NCBI GenBank assembly: GCA_030704615.1
Contig: CM060734.1
Coordinates: 37,448,001-37,512,000, forward strand
Length of the DNA stretch: 64,000 nucleotides
Reading direction: 5' to 3'
DNA from: Takakia lepidozioides
Lineage: Eukaryota > Plantae > Bryophyta
Both the position numbers and the translations under genes were made by a program. How positions within the stretch are numbered: position 1 is the first letter of the stretch; each line of letters opens with the position of its first letter. The notes below the pieces were generated by a model, which did not search any database, was not told the DNA's origin, and was given only the letters and a program-made list of their open reading frames with translations. Shown piece by piece: positions 1 through 12,896 of this stretch.

Positions 1-1034
1 TCGACGTTTTTCTAGAGGTGCGCTGAAGAAATTTGTGCACATGCATAACATCAATATAGTCTTTGTAATTTTCTTGGAATAATGCATACAAATTCTTGAG
101 AATTATTTGTGGTGAAGAATCTTGAAATGGTGAGTTTTTCAAAGGTGAATTAATTGAAGTTTTCTGGAAAGAATGGGAGAGGAGTGGCAGAGAGGAGTGG
201 CGGTTGAGTGATAAAAGAAGAGATGACTAATGGAGGTTCATATGTGGATAGGGTTGTTGGGCCATCGTTGTTTTAGGTGCGGCTGGGTTATCTTTTGACC
301 ACACCTGCATTGACAAAGACAATATTGATATCATCCAAAAATGGTGATTCAAAATCACTCATATCTATGGTAAAAGAAAGAATGCACTCATTGTAATGTA
401 AAAGTGAGAAATGATGTTGGCTTGCATAAATGCACCGTTACTTATGAAAGATGACTTGACCAAGTCACAAGAAGATGTGAAGAAAGATGTAGGCAAGTTG
501 TAAATTGCCTCAGCAAAGCGAACAGTGCGCTGTATTGGTGGTCCGGTGGACTCTCGGCTGTGAAGTCTGCTGCACGTGCGAGGACCGTGGATGAATTTAG
601 TACGATGCGTTCATTCGGTGGACGTATTCAATGCGATGACGGCGGATAGTTGGCGCCTGTGAAATCGCGTCACGTTGGTAGTGTCATGTCCGCTTTCCCC
701 CTTCTACTTCTACTTTCTTCTCATGTTCCCTGTGCGATCGTCTCCATTCTCTTCGCGCTTGTTTCTTCGCACTGTTTCGTTTTCCTCTTTGCGTTTCCAT
801 CACCGTAACGAAAGACGGCCGTTCTTCCCCAAGTGTGGAGAGTCGCGGTGAGCCGCGAAGCGTCACAAACACGCTCGACTTCGTAACAACTCGAAGTTCA
901 TCGGCTCGGTGAGGTTCTCACTTGCTACGGTGTTTCCATTCCATTCTGTGTCCTCTTCTTGCTTAGGGTGAGTCTTTTCATAGGATTTCTGTCTGTCGCT
1001 CATTGTCCTTGCACCCTCGTTTCATTCTGCAGCG

Positions 1035-1358
1035 ATGGAGGATGCTTGTGAAAATGGTGGAGCGGACTGGGTGGATTTTGTGCACCAAACCAGATTGAAG
1101 AAGGAGTGAAGGTACTGGTACTCACCAGAGGAGTTTGATCATAAAATAGTGGAAGCATTTGTAGACCTCCGCGCACGGAAGCCCAAAAACTCGAATTGGC
1201 AGAAGGACAAGCTCTTTTGTCCCTTCTGTGAAAAGGTTATCAAGGACAAAATCCAACTAAATCGGCATTGTGTTGACACGGGTTGCAAGGAGACTGTTGC
1301 AACGATTCCACGGCATTTCAAGCCTTGGCCGATACTGAAAGAAATGTCGACTTCATAG
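1035..1358 (+). pseudogene. Small zinc-finger-like ORF (107 codons) with one in-frame TGA
   Basis: ATG 1035 lies just after an AG acceptor (donor gtgagt at ~968). The frame reads MEDACENGGADWVDF...KKE*RYWYSPEEF...LFCPFCEKVIKDKIQLNRHCVDTGC. TGA 1107-1109 is one change from TGG or CGA. CxxC...H/C spacing. Confidence 0.45.
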
Positions 1359-3039
1359 GCAGCCAATGTCATAATCTTTGAAAAATAAAAACAAAAACAA
1401 AAATCTTTTGGTCATGTGGTGGCTTCGAGACTGTTTGCATTCATCTTATGACTCATACACAAAGTTTTTTTTTCCCATATTTTTTGTTTGAATATATGGA
1501 CTCTAGTCCCACTATACCAAATGAAAGTATTGTAAGAAACTCTGTAGCATATGCAACATTAGGGTCCAGGTTGGCAGTGTGATACTATCAAGGCACGGTC
1601 TGAATCGTGCATTCTATATAATTTCTTCATTCTTACATGTGATTCGTAGTTATCGTTGCATACTCATGTAGTCCCACTCGTTTGCTTATGTTCTTAATTG
1701 ATCTTGTTGTTGCACATAACGTTCATGTTGTTACATATCCGCCTCCCTTTGTTGCACCTCATTTAGATTGGAAATACGCTGTCTCATCTCTTGATAAGAT
1801 GCAAATATGGGGCAGTTGCAAGTACGCAGCCTCCTGAATGTATTCTTGTTGTTTGGAATCTTGCTTTCAGTCCTCTAATTTCTAATCTTCTGTCAAGAGC
1901 GTTTCATATCATCCCGAATGGCAGGTTCAACAACCCGTGTTATCCAATTATTACAAAGAGTACTCGTTGCCGTGACACTTCCAGAACTCAAGCTTTTCAT
2001 TCTTTCGAAGATGGAGTCTTATAATGCTAAGATAAGACTTGGTCATATCACATCGCAGAAGAGGAGCACTGCATGACTGTGGAATTGGCTGGCCTAGGGT
2101 ATGCTTACACAATGGACGAGGAAGAGCAGATGGCCGTTATATTGGCCCATGTGTACCTTGGTCTTGTACTCGATAGAATTATTTTCGGAACTTTCAAACA
2201 TATGTCCTACAAGTTTCATGGCGAGGGACATGTGGATTGAGGATACCATATTTCCATGTAGGAGATATGGGTGCAGGAGTTAGTTGCTCTACTCCCCTTG
2301 CCCATCCAGGGGAATATCATAGTAGATCCATCCTCATAACACTAACAGTGACACAGAGATTGTAGTGTCAGAAATGTGATACCAATGACAACCCCTTGAA
2401 ACACAAACCAAATATAAACGCAAACATAATATTGTGAGCTTTGCACGATTGAAACCCTTCGAAAAAAATAAAAATTGCTCCAAAACATAAACCACCTCTC
2501 GAGCCATCCATCATTCCAACATTGTCAACTCCGCTGAGAAATTCCCCCGGCAATGATCCACACTTGCAGCCCTTGGAGCACCACTTCCTCACATGCGAAT
2601 TGTTGTGGCAATGGCTGCATTAAGAGCATCAGACAACAGCCAAAATCCCCTAGATTGATTCATAATGTACTCATGAACCACATGCCCTAGAATTGTAGAG
2701 ATTGATTGGGCAATGGCTCACACTTGTGGACTTGGTATGCTGCAACATCAATGAAGCTTATCTAGAGTAACAAGTGAGTGTGGTTTGCCTAAACTCCAAA
2801 GTCTTTTAAAAGACGATCATCTTCGAAGCAAACCATGTCCGCACTTCAGTCTTCGATTGTACGTGGAAGTCGAAGCACTTCCCGTAGAAAGGATGTGAAG
2901 GAAGATGATAGGAGGTTGAAAGACTCAATCCTCTTCATCCTCCTCAACCGGTCACCATAAACGTAGGACAATTACCAGCTCCCGTAACCTGGATTGATTA
3001 TCTATTGCAGCAAGTGATTTAAGCGTCCCAAGTCCTTGT

Positions 3040-3768
3040 TGTCGCGCACCTCACTTCGGTAAGCTCCCCTTCAAGTCATAGTTACTCACTTTGATGCGCG
3101 CGCCTGACTCCCAACCTGGCCGCCGGGCCAACTTGGAGCTTCGGCTGTTCACCGGGACATAACGGTCCCCCTTTGCTCTCCCACTAAACCCTCCACCTAT
3201 TTGGGCCTAGTGGAATTCCCTTTGGTAGATGGCAGTCCGGAACAACTCCCCACTCTTTGGTCGCTTTCCGGCTCGCTCGCTTACTCACTAGTTTTTTGGT
3301 CACCAACGGGCTTGCACCGTTCTCGGGGTCACTACTCCCCTTATATATACTTCTGTAGCTGTACGCGGGGGTTTCACAACCAGCCATGCCATTTTATGGC
3401 GAACCACCACGAAAACCCTCGACTCCCGGTGATGAGTCGCGGTGAGTCTTGGCCCACTCACCACGGCCCCTATGGACCGTGATGAGTCCCAAGACTCCCC
3501 ACGACTCCCACCACGAGGTCTCCGCCCCCATGGTGAGTCCTATGCCACCCCCACTAAGTCCCGCTAAGCTACCACCACCCCTTGTGGAGCCATCCCCACC
3601 GCAACCCGGTGTGCGGGGCTCCATCTAGTGAGCGCCTCCGCCTCCTTGAGTGCCTTGGGCACTCAAGGGTGCTTCAGCCCCCCATACCTATCGCTGCCGC
3701 TGCCCCCACCACAGGGGCAGCCCCTCATGTATCCCGACCCCCTGCCCTCAAGGCAAAGGGCCGCGACA
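3040..3768 (-). repeat. 3' LTR of gypsy element
   Basis: Direct repeat of 9275-10002 with about 10 differences by eye. The PPT (GGTAGGGGTGTG on minus) is adjacent at 3769-3780. Confidence 0.96.
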
Positions 3769-4673
3769 CACACCCCTACCAACAGGGAGTCGATGTCCTC
3801 ATCGACTTGTCCATTTTGTAGAAACGAACATCCAAGTTGTGGCGTCCCACATCAAGGAGTTTGTTTCCACACCATGGCGTCCCATGGCAAAGAACCAAAC
3901 CCCACACTTGACTCTACTCTCCACTAGCTAGTTCGGCCGACTTCTTCCAAGTCCCGGCCAAGGGTGGAGCCTCTCCAGCTCCTCCTAGTGCACTCTTCTT
4001 GGCCTACTTCAAGGCCAAGGAACGATCCTCCCTGAGGATCGAATCGCCTTACTGCAACAACATTGCTTGCGACAGCTCATGATGCCGCTTTTGGCATCAT
4101 CTTGAGCAAGGGTTCACCTGGAACCCTCTTTGACTAAGAAGATAACCTTGAACCAACCGTGCGCCCCAATCACTACAATTGGGTCCGCCTTGGAATGCTG
4201 GCTTGAGGTACGGGAACACGCCGAAGCCGCACTACGACTTCGTCCCGAGGCTACACGATTATAGTACGTGAACAGAGGCACGTAGCTTCCGCGTTAGCCC
4301 GCACTACAAAGTAACCCCCTCGGTAGCGCAGTTATAGTATGCGCACGCGCCAGGTGCGCACTAGCACGTGAACTCCCAAAGAAGGTGCAAGTTTCTTTGC
4401 CCCTTGGATGGGAGTCACCCGATTTCGACACTGCGCAAACACACGATTAACCCAATTTACCTCTCCCACTTTTGTACGGTAGCATGCATTCTACACACTA
4501 GCCAACCATACCATGCATCACCATTCCAAACAAAATAGGACGCACAACATTTGGAATCCATTTCATTTATAGCACGTTTTGTACAATACAAGTTTTTGCA
4601 ATCGGATTCCTAAGCTAGTTAAGCCGGGCTAAGCATGCATTTCCTCCCCCACGCTCCAAGGTTGATGTCCCCA

Positions 4674-7600
4674 TCAACGCTTCTTCCGCTTTTGAGGTCG
4701 CCCTTCGAAAGCCGCAACCGCCTCGGATGCGTTTCCCATTTCTGAGGCACGCACCCAAGATGCCTCCACATGATGATAGCCCTTCCATTTGACGAGATAC
4801 TCCGTTTCTTGGTTCTTGAACCTCCTCGACTTAAGTATTGCCTCCACCTCGTATTCAGGTTCATTTTCATGATCCAACAGCATAGGTGGCGGACGCAACA
4901 CTTGATGCCGATTCGGACGCGCTTCATCTTTGAAGTAAGGCTTCAAAAGGGAGACATGGAATATTGGGTGCACCTTGCTGTTTGCCGGCAGCTCCAATTC
5001 ATACACATCCTCATTCATAACCTTCCGAATGCGAAAGGGTCCCGCATACGGAGGTACGAACTTCGGACTCACTTCCGGAGGTAGTCGGAAATTCTTGATG
5101 TTCAACCAGACCTCTGTGCCTGCCTCAAACTTCACTTCCTTCCGCTTCCAATTCGCCTGCCTTTCATACCGTTTCCTAGCTTTGGCAATGTTGTACTTTG
5201 CGAGCTTCAACAAACGCTCGCGTTCTTCCAGTACTGCCGCTACTGCCGGTTCCTCAACGTCTTGGGCGGCCCAACTTGTCGGCACCAGAGGTGCTTTTCC
5301 ATAGACCAATACGAAAGGGGAAACTCCCGTTGCAGAGTGTTCTGGGTTATTATAACAAAACTCTGCCGCGTCTAAGTGTTCCACCCAGTCTGTTTGGTCT
5401 GCCGACACGTAATTCCGCAAGATCTGCTTCACTACGGAATTCACTCTTTCTGTTTGGCCGTCGGTCGTAGGTCGGAAGGCGGTGCTCATCTTCAGCCTCG
5501 TCCCCATCTTCTTCCAAAGTGCCCTCCAAAATTTACTCGTTAACTTTGGATCGCGGTCCGAGACAATATCCTTCGGGACTCCATGATGCTTTAAGACGTG
5601 GGCGAAGTAAAGTCGCCCTATCTCCTGTGCCGTTGCCGTCTCCTTGGTGGGGATGAAATGGCCCATTTTACTGAACCTATCCACCACCACCATGATTGCA
5701 TCGAATCCTTTTGACAGCGGCATAACAGTCATGAAATCCATCGAGACGCTTTCCCAAGTCCCCTCTGGAATCGGCAAGGGTTGTAACAGCCCCGCTTGCT
5801 TTTTATACTCGCTCCGGTTTTGTTGGCATGTGGTGCATGTCTTGACATACTCCTCTGCCTCCTCCTTCAGTTTGGGCCAGAAATACTCTTTCTTCAAGAG
5901 TGCCGCAGTGCGCTTGGCTCCGCCGTGGCCCGCAAGCGGGCTATCATGGCATTCTCTCAAGAGGCTATCTCTGATCCCTCCCTTCGGCACGTAGAGACGC
6001 TTTTGCTTATACCGGAGCAGTCCATTTTGCAAGTGGAACTGCGATTTAACCCCCATCCTCAAGTCCTGCATCACGGACTTCGCTAGCTCATCCTTCGGGC
6101 AAGCCTTCCGGATTTTCCTTTGGAGCGCCGTCTCGCCCTTGTACACAACAAGAGCTGCTGCTTTCTACTTAAAGCATCGGCCACCACGTTGTCTCGTCCC
6201 GATTTGTACTGGATATCCACGTCGAACACCGCCAAAGTATCTTGCCACCTAAGTTGTTTTGGGGACAACTTGGGCTGCGTAGCAAAATACTTCACCGTGA
6301 CATTGTTCGTGAACACCTTCACTGGGTTGGAACCAACATAGTGGCGCCAAAGCTCAAGACAGTGCACCACCGCCTTCATCTCTTTCTCGTGCGTCGGCCA
6401 CCGTCGCTCCACTTTATTCAGTTTCTTACTTTCGTAAGCCACTGGACGTCCATCTTGCATCAATACACCCCTAATCGCGAAGTCCGACGCATCTGTATGT
6501 ATCTCGAACGGACGATCGAACTCCGGGATTTTTCAAGACTGGAGCTTCCGCCATCCGATGCTTCAATTCAGCAAAAGCTTGGCCACAAAAGGTGTTCTAT
6601 GCCTAGACTTTAGATTTACACAGAAGGTCTGACAGCGGCCCCGCGATTTTGGCGAAATTTCTCACATACTTCCGGTAATAGGAGGCGAGTCCTAGGAAGG
6701 ATCGCACTCCCGGGACCGAAGTCGGAGGCTCCCAGTCCAAAATTGCCCTCACCTTCCTGTCATCCATTTTGATCCCATCCTGTGTAATCACATGCCCCAG
6801 GAACTCCACTTTTGTGACCCCAAATTCGCACTTTGAAGCTTTGGCATACAGCTTCCCTTCTCGCAATTTCTGGAACACCCTTTTGAGGTGCTCCAGGTGC
6901 TCCTCCTTTGTTTTCGAATACACCAAGATGTCGTCGATGTACACGATCACAAAGTCATCCAACCACTCCTGGAAAAGGCTGTTCATCAGCGTGCTAAAGG
7001 TCGCGGGTGCAATGGTGAGCCCAAAAGGCATCACCAAAAACTCATACGAACCATACCTCGTCCTGCACGCGGTCTTCTCCTCATCTCCTTCCGCCACTCG
7101 AATTTGATGATAGCCGGAGCGCAGATCGATCCGGCTGAAATACTTCGCTCCTGCCAACCGAAAAGGTCGTCAATCCTTGGCAAATGGTACCGGTTTTTGA
7201 TAGTCACCTTATTCAGAGCCCTGTAATCGACACACATCCGCAGCGTCCAATCTTTTTTATCTGCAAATAGCACCGGGGCTCCGTAAGGTGACTTACTCGG
7301 TCGGATGTACCCCTTTGACATTAGATCTTTGAGCTGAGTCTTCAGCTCGACCAACTCTCTGTGGCTCAACCGGTAGGGCGCCTTGGCAGTCGGTTCCGAT
7401 CCCGGTATCACCTCAATCTTGTGATCAACTCCTCTTCGCGGTGGCAAGTCGCTTGGCAAATCCTCCGGCATCACATCATGGTATTTCTCCAAAATCCCCT
7501 TGATCCAATTTGGGCTCGGCTCTCCATCGCTTTCTCGCTTCACTTCTGTAATGTGGAGCAAAAACTGGGGCTCGTGTGCCTCCTCCACGGCCCACTCCCT

Positions 7601-9219
7601 TGCTGACATAAGGTTTATTCGCCCTCCCACGGGTTTGGGCGTTTCTGAAACTCGTAAGACCTCGCCACCATTCCAACATGGCAGCGTGACTACCCTCTTG
7701 CGGCCATCTATGACCGCTCCGGATTTGCTCAAAAAGGTCATCCCCAAAATGAGATCCACTCCATCGATCTCGCAGACGGTGAAGTTCTCACGTCCCTCCC
7801 AACTCCCCAGTTGAAGAGGAACATCGAACGCCAACCTCGTCGCCAATTGCGGTTCTCTTTTGGCAGAACGCACCTCAATAGAGGCCCCTACGTCAGTTGT
7901 TGGGAGTCCCAGCTTTTGTGCCGTTGCCGGTGTCATGAAGGAGTGTGACGCTCCTGTGTCCACCAACAATGACACGTTAGTCCCATCCACGAACAATAAG
8001 TGACTCCCTTTATGCAATGCGCCAGTTTCCTGATACAACTCACAAGAATATTTGCCTACCTTGCAAGTCCTGGCGACCACCGCTTCCACCAAGCGACTGA
8101 TGGTATCTTCCGACAGCTCCGTGGTTGCCCGAGTCATGTTCAATTGTCGGGGTTTCGTGCACTTCTTGGCCATGTGCCCGGGCTCTCCGCAATTGAAACA
8201 CACTCCATCAAAGGTCGCCTTCTGTCCGCCATAAGCCGCTCCACCCGCTTTTCCTTTCGAAGCACCGGGTGCCGCCTTGACGTGTGAATGCCCTCCCTTC
8301 GATTTCCACGTGCCATTGTCGCCGCGTGGCCATCCCACTTCTTTTCTGGTCGGAAGGAGTCATCTTCCCGCCGGGTCTTCTTGTGGTTCAGCTCCGTACG
8401 ACCTTGTCTTTCACCCCTAGGGACATCTGAGAAACATTCAGCCCTCTCAATTGCCTCGTTCAAAGTCTTAGGTGGCTTCTCCTCCAACTTCCGCCTGGCC
8501 CATGGGGCCAGTCCCGCCACAAAGTTGAAGACCATTTCCGGTTCTGCCATGTCCGCGACTTCGAGCAAAAGCACATTGAAAGCCTGGACATATCCCCGAA
8601 TGTCGTCTGTTTGCTTCAAATTCCTCATCTTGTCCCGAGCAAGCCAGGACGCGTTGAGGGGCACAAACTGTCTCTTCATCAATTCCTTGAACCCACTCCA
8701 GTTCAAGGTTTTCGGGCTTGGACCTCGGTCGTGAAGGCGTTTCTGCCACCATTGATGAGCATAGCCCCTCAAATAGGTGGGAGCCACTTCCACCCGATCC
8801 TCGTCACTCAACTTGGCCGCCCGGAAGTACTGCTCTAGCTCCAAGAGCCAGGTGTTGAGTGCCTTCCGATTTCGGACGCCCTCGAAGGTGCCGGGTTCCT
8901 TAGGCTTCACCTTAAACTTTGCCTTAGCGGAAGTGGCATTAGCCGCCTTCAACACGTCTTTCAACGTCCCGCCAAACTGCGCCAACAACCCTTCCCAAAA
9001 AGCTGCCGGCATGGGAGGCATCTGTTGGTCTGTCAGAGCTCTCACGGATTCCTCGGGCTCCGACTCCTCGGATTCCTCCCGCTCTTGAGCGGCCTCGTTT
9101 TCAGAAACATGTGTCGCTTCCTCAAACGGCCGCTTCGGTGACACGTCGCCCCCATCGGACTCACCAGGATCATCATCTTTTGGGCCGTTCCGCTTTCGCT
9201 TTGGCTTGCCCGACCCCAT
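4674..9219 (-). pseudogene. Gypsy gag-pol polyprotein split over at least 5 ORFs
   Basis: Gag KVKPKEPGTFEG..WLLELEQYF; zinc knuckle [14 protein letters not shown]; protease [10 protein letters not shown]; RT YIDDIL; RNase H TDASD and WPTHEKEM; integrase HDSPLAGH..CTTC, SMDF, SDRD, GQTERVN, GPF; chromodomain EYEVEAIL..YLVKWKGY..ASW. Frameshifts or stops near 8340, 7160, 6600 and 6140. Confidence 0.93.
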
Positions 9220-9260
9220 GATGAGGCCAATCCCAAGGACAATCGCGTACTGAACTCTAG

Positions 9261-9272
9261 GCTCTGATACCA
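9261..9272 (-). promoter_or_regulatory. Primer binding site complementary to the tRNA-iMet 3' end
   Basis: TGGTATCAGAGC on the minus strand, 2 nt from the 5' LTR. Confidence 0.93.
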
Positions 9273-9274
9273 AG

Positions 9275-10002
9275 TGTCGCGCACCTCACTTCGGTAAGCT
9301 CCCCTTCAAGTCATAGTTACTCGCTTTGATGCGCGCGCCTGACTCCCAACCTGGCCGCCGGGCCAACTTGGAGCTTCGGCTGTTCACCGGGACATAACGG
9401 TCCCCCTTTGCTCTCCCACTAAACCCTCCACCTATTTGGGCCTAGTGGAATTCCCTTTGGTAGATGGCAGTCCGGAACAACTCCCCACTCTTTGGTCGCT
9501 TTCCGGCTCGCTCGCTTACTCACTAGTTTTTGGTCACCAACGGGCTTGCACCGTTCTCGGGGTCACTACTCCCCTTATATATACTTCTGTAGCTGTCCAC
9601 GGGGGTTTCACAACCAGCCATGCCATTTTATGGTGAACCACCACGAAAACCCTCGACTCCCGGTGATAAGTCGCGGTGAGTCTTGGCCCACTCACCACGG
9701 CCCCTATGGACCGTGATGAGTCCCAAGACTCCCCACGACTCCCACCACGAGGTCTCCGCCCCCATGGTGAGTCCTATGCCACCCCCACTAAGTCCCGCTA
9801 AGCTACCACCACCCCTTGTGGAGCCACCCCCACCGCAACCCGGTGTGCGGGGCTCCACCTAGTGAGCGCCTCCGCCTCCTTGAGTGCCTTGGGCACTCAA
9901 GGGTGCTTCAGCCCCCCATACCTATCGCTGCCGCTGCCCCCACCACAGGGGCAGCCCCTCATGTGTCCCGACCCCCTGCCCTCAAGGCAAAGGGCCGCGA
10001 CA
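9275..10002 (-). repeat. 5' LTR of gypsy element
   Basis: TG...CA ends, TATATATAA-like box near 9575-9583 on minus, and repeated (G)TGAGTC motifs in the upstream part. Confidence 0.96.
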
Positions 10003-10435
10003 CTTGTCTTGCGCACTACTATCTTAGAACTTACATTTCCATATGGGCGGCCACCAGCAGCAACTAGTTCTCCTCTCTTCTTCCTCCAAGTAGCTGAGCA
10101 TGAGAGCCTACTACATGAACTGAGCCCGAATTTCGTCGGCAAATCCATTCTCTTCCCACTTTCCATAGTTTTTCTCGCCCAGAAGCTGGTCACGCACCAG
10201 TGCACAACCGCAAGCTCAACCAATGCAATACCTGTAGTTAGATTACCATGCGTAGTATTATTTAAAGATGGACACAAACAAGAACGAGAGAGAACTAGAG
10301 CGCTTCAGCAGTCGCGTAAACCTTAGCCAGCTCTGGGTTTTCTTCTTTCTTTTAGCCTTTTCAATATCTAAAAATAACTTAACTTGAACGTCAAGTCCCA
10401 TGAATTCAATTGGACACGCAAGTTGAGTTTCTGGG

Positions 10436-10972
10436 TCACATCTTCATACCTACTTGAAATATGACATATTTGATGATCACAATATTCCATGATGAGGAGT
10501 TTATCGTCTTCTGTGAGAATCTGGTCATACAAGAACCACTTGAAGTAGAGTCCATCCTATGCACCCTGAAAGCAAACTCATCATATGGCTCGTGCGGAGG
10601 CTCACAATGTCCCTTAAAGGAATGTTTGTGTAGAAGGATATAATGATCACCATCCCTATTCAATATGAAGCCCCTTGATTCATCCTCAAGTACTCCAAAG
10701 AATATTAGATCTGCGTCAATTTTGACAGCAAGCTTGATCACATTTTGTTGCCCTAGCAATCGGTCTATGACCGTTATAAGCTGAATGGTCGGCTTCCCTT
10801 CACAAGTCACGCCATCTTCATCAACCTCAAGGTGGGCCTTCAGATTTTTGAAGACGGCAATGTGTTGTTTTGCCACTTGGATCGTGGGGTAGGTCAATAC
10901 AATAGAATTGGTGGGAGAGTCCGATGATGCCTCAATACCGAAACTAGGGCTTGCACCAGCACTAGGGAACAA
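10436..10972 (-). other. Uncharacterised 178-codon open frame
   Basis: Open frame with protein-like composition but a non-ATG start and no motif I recognise. It lies in the decayed-ORF island. Confidence 0.25.
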
Positions 10973-12671
10973 CTCCTAAATAACTTGATTTGTTCTTCCT
11001 CAACATTGAAGCCAAGAAATCCTTGGTGTTGATCTACTACTTTTGATCCCAATAAATTGATTGTATACATAAACGTATAAATATTTAGTTTATAGTTAGA
11101 ACTATACATGTGAAAAAAAAATTCTACAAATTAGTGGTCTAAGCATTATAAGAGTTGATTGAACAACTTGAAAATATTTGGTTAATAAACTCCATATAAA
11201 AACAAGTATTGCTCTACAATGAACATTTATAAGTCATATGCGGTCATTGAAACATTTTATTTTGATGTTGATCATCTATATAGTTATGATAAAAATATTA
11301 TATTTCTCTTACATTCTTATATCATTTATTAGGTCCACAAATCTAACTTCTAAGATGTTATTTATATAAGGTCTTCTTGGTTTTATCACATATATATAAT
11401 TTTAAGTGATGTTTATACTAATATGAGACATTTCAAACAAATATTATTGTGAAGTCTCATCTATTATTAATAATAATTATAAGAGATGTGATACAATGTT
11501 TAAATTTTATTTGTCATATATAAGAGATTCTTAATTAAAAATACAGTAATGCATTGATAGTTTAAATACAAAACACGACGCGTTAACTATGAAAACTAAT
11601 CTACATATGAACATCTTATTAGTTTCAACCGTGAATGATTTGATTTGATGTATCTAAATATAATATTAATATGTCATTAAATTAAAACGTTGTCATAGAC
11701 TATGAAGTATATAGGTCTTAAGATGATATTTTTAAAATCATACTTTAATTATTCAAGTTAATTATTTTCAATGACATATGCCATATGTATATATATATAG
11801 ATACACTCACAAAATAAATTAAAATATAAATTCACATATGCCATAATTCCTATAGTTTTTGACATATATTCTTTGATCAACAAGCGGATGAAACATGGTC
11901 ATTTGGTATACCTACATGTGATGTACTCTGACGATTAAATCAACCCTCAATAACTCATCCACGCAAAACTACAAGTTGATTTAGTTGGGATTGAAGATTA
12001 TTTAGTGGGGATGAGGATCATAGTAGTTGAAGACATGATTTTTGATATTCCATAATCTAATACCATGCCATATATTTTTAGATATGATATATCTAACAAA
12101 TATGTTCTATAGCTATCACCGGTATTGTTACTATATTTTAGAAAGGTCACACCAATGAAAAATATGTAGTATGAATCTTTTTGTTTCCAATCTGTTTTTA
12201 TGTTTGCTATCTACAGGGATATCATGTGAAATCTGTGTGTATGTGACATCAAGGCACAAAGGATCAATTTGCAAAAGATGCAATTTTGTAATGTGTTGTT
12301 ATTGAGCTTGATTGTTCAATATGTGAACAATATGAATTTGGTCAAGATCTCCCCTCCAAAAGCTAGTCCTCAATTCAATATCAGTTCACAACTATTGTAT
12401 GAGCCATTTGAGGATTATTTTACAAGTTGTACATCATTATTTTGACAATGCTTTGATAAGCATGATATTATATACAAAGATTCATTTACCCCACCCATCT
12501 TTATGGTTGTTAGATGCATATGTTGCAAATAGATCAACTTGGGGATTTATATAACAGAGTCATGCAATGATAGCTTATTGAATATGTGTAATATCAATAC
12601 AAAGAAGAAGCCAGCTACTGGCTGATCACTTGCCACCTTCTCCACAGAAACACTATCAAGTCAAAACATTT

Positions 12672-12896
12672 ACGATGAAGCCAATATGACATGAGTGCAG
12701 AAGGCCAACGTACTTGTAAGCTCTTTCGTCGATTGTGCGATAGTGACAAGACTCGAATAAGAAGCCCCGGCTAACTCCAAGGCCAGCAGCCGCGGTAAGA
12801 GGGAGGGCCTGACGTTATTCGGAATGACTAAGCGTAAAAGGCACATAGGCGGTGAATCCAGTTGAAACTGAAAGTCGCCAGCTCAACTGGCGGAAT
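12672..12896 (+). pseudogene. rrn18: NUMT: degenerate fragment of mitochondrial SSU rRNA
   Basis: GAAGCCCCGGCTAACTCC..GCCAGCAGCCGCGGTAAGA..TTCGGAATGACT..GCGTAAA..TAGGCGGTGAATC..GAAAGTCGCCAGCTCAACTGGCGGAAT. This is the SSU 530-loop region with plant-mitochondrial signatures (GCTCTTTCGTCG, GGTAAGA), carrying many substitutions. Confidence 0.85.

Larger units (their letters stand above)
3040..10002 (-). mobile_element. Full-length Ty3/gypsy chromovirus LTR retrotransposon (Galadriel-like), coding region frameshifted
   Basis: Two ~729-bp LTRs with TGTCGCG...CGCGACA ends. 5-bp TSD CTTGT (3035-3039, 10003-10007). tRNA-iMet PBS and PPT present. Domain order gag-PR-RT-RH-INT-chromodomain. Confidence 0.97.

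Noticed and set aside
3184-3931. Proline/glycine-rich ORFs in the gypsy LTR (repeated at 9436-10326)
   Set aside because: They come from GC-rich LTR sequence, have no domain motifs, and change frame between the two LTRs.
4770-9088. Plus-strand ORFs opposite gag-pol, and similar shadows opposite the copia ORFs and SPAG17 exons
   Set aside because: Antisense shadows of real coding frames.
12760-12800. Functional rRNA gene or bacterial contamination
   Set aside because: Only ~225 bp, mutated at invariant positions and contiguous with nuclear-type DNA.
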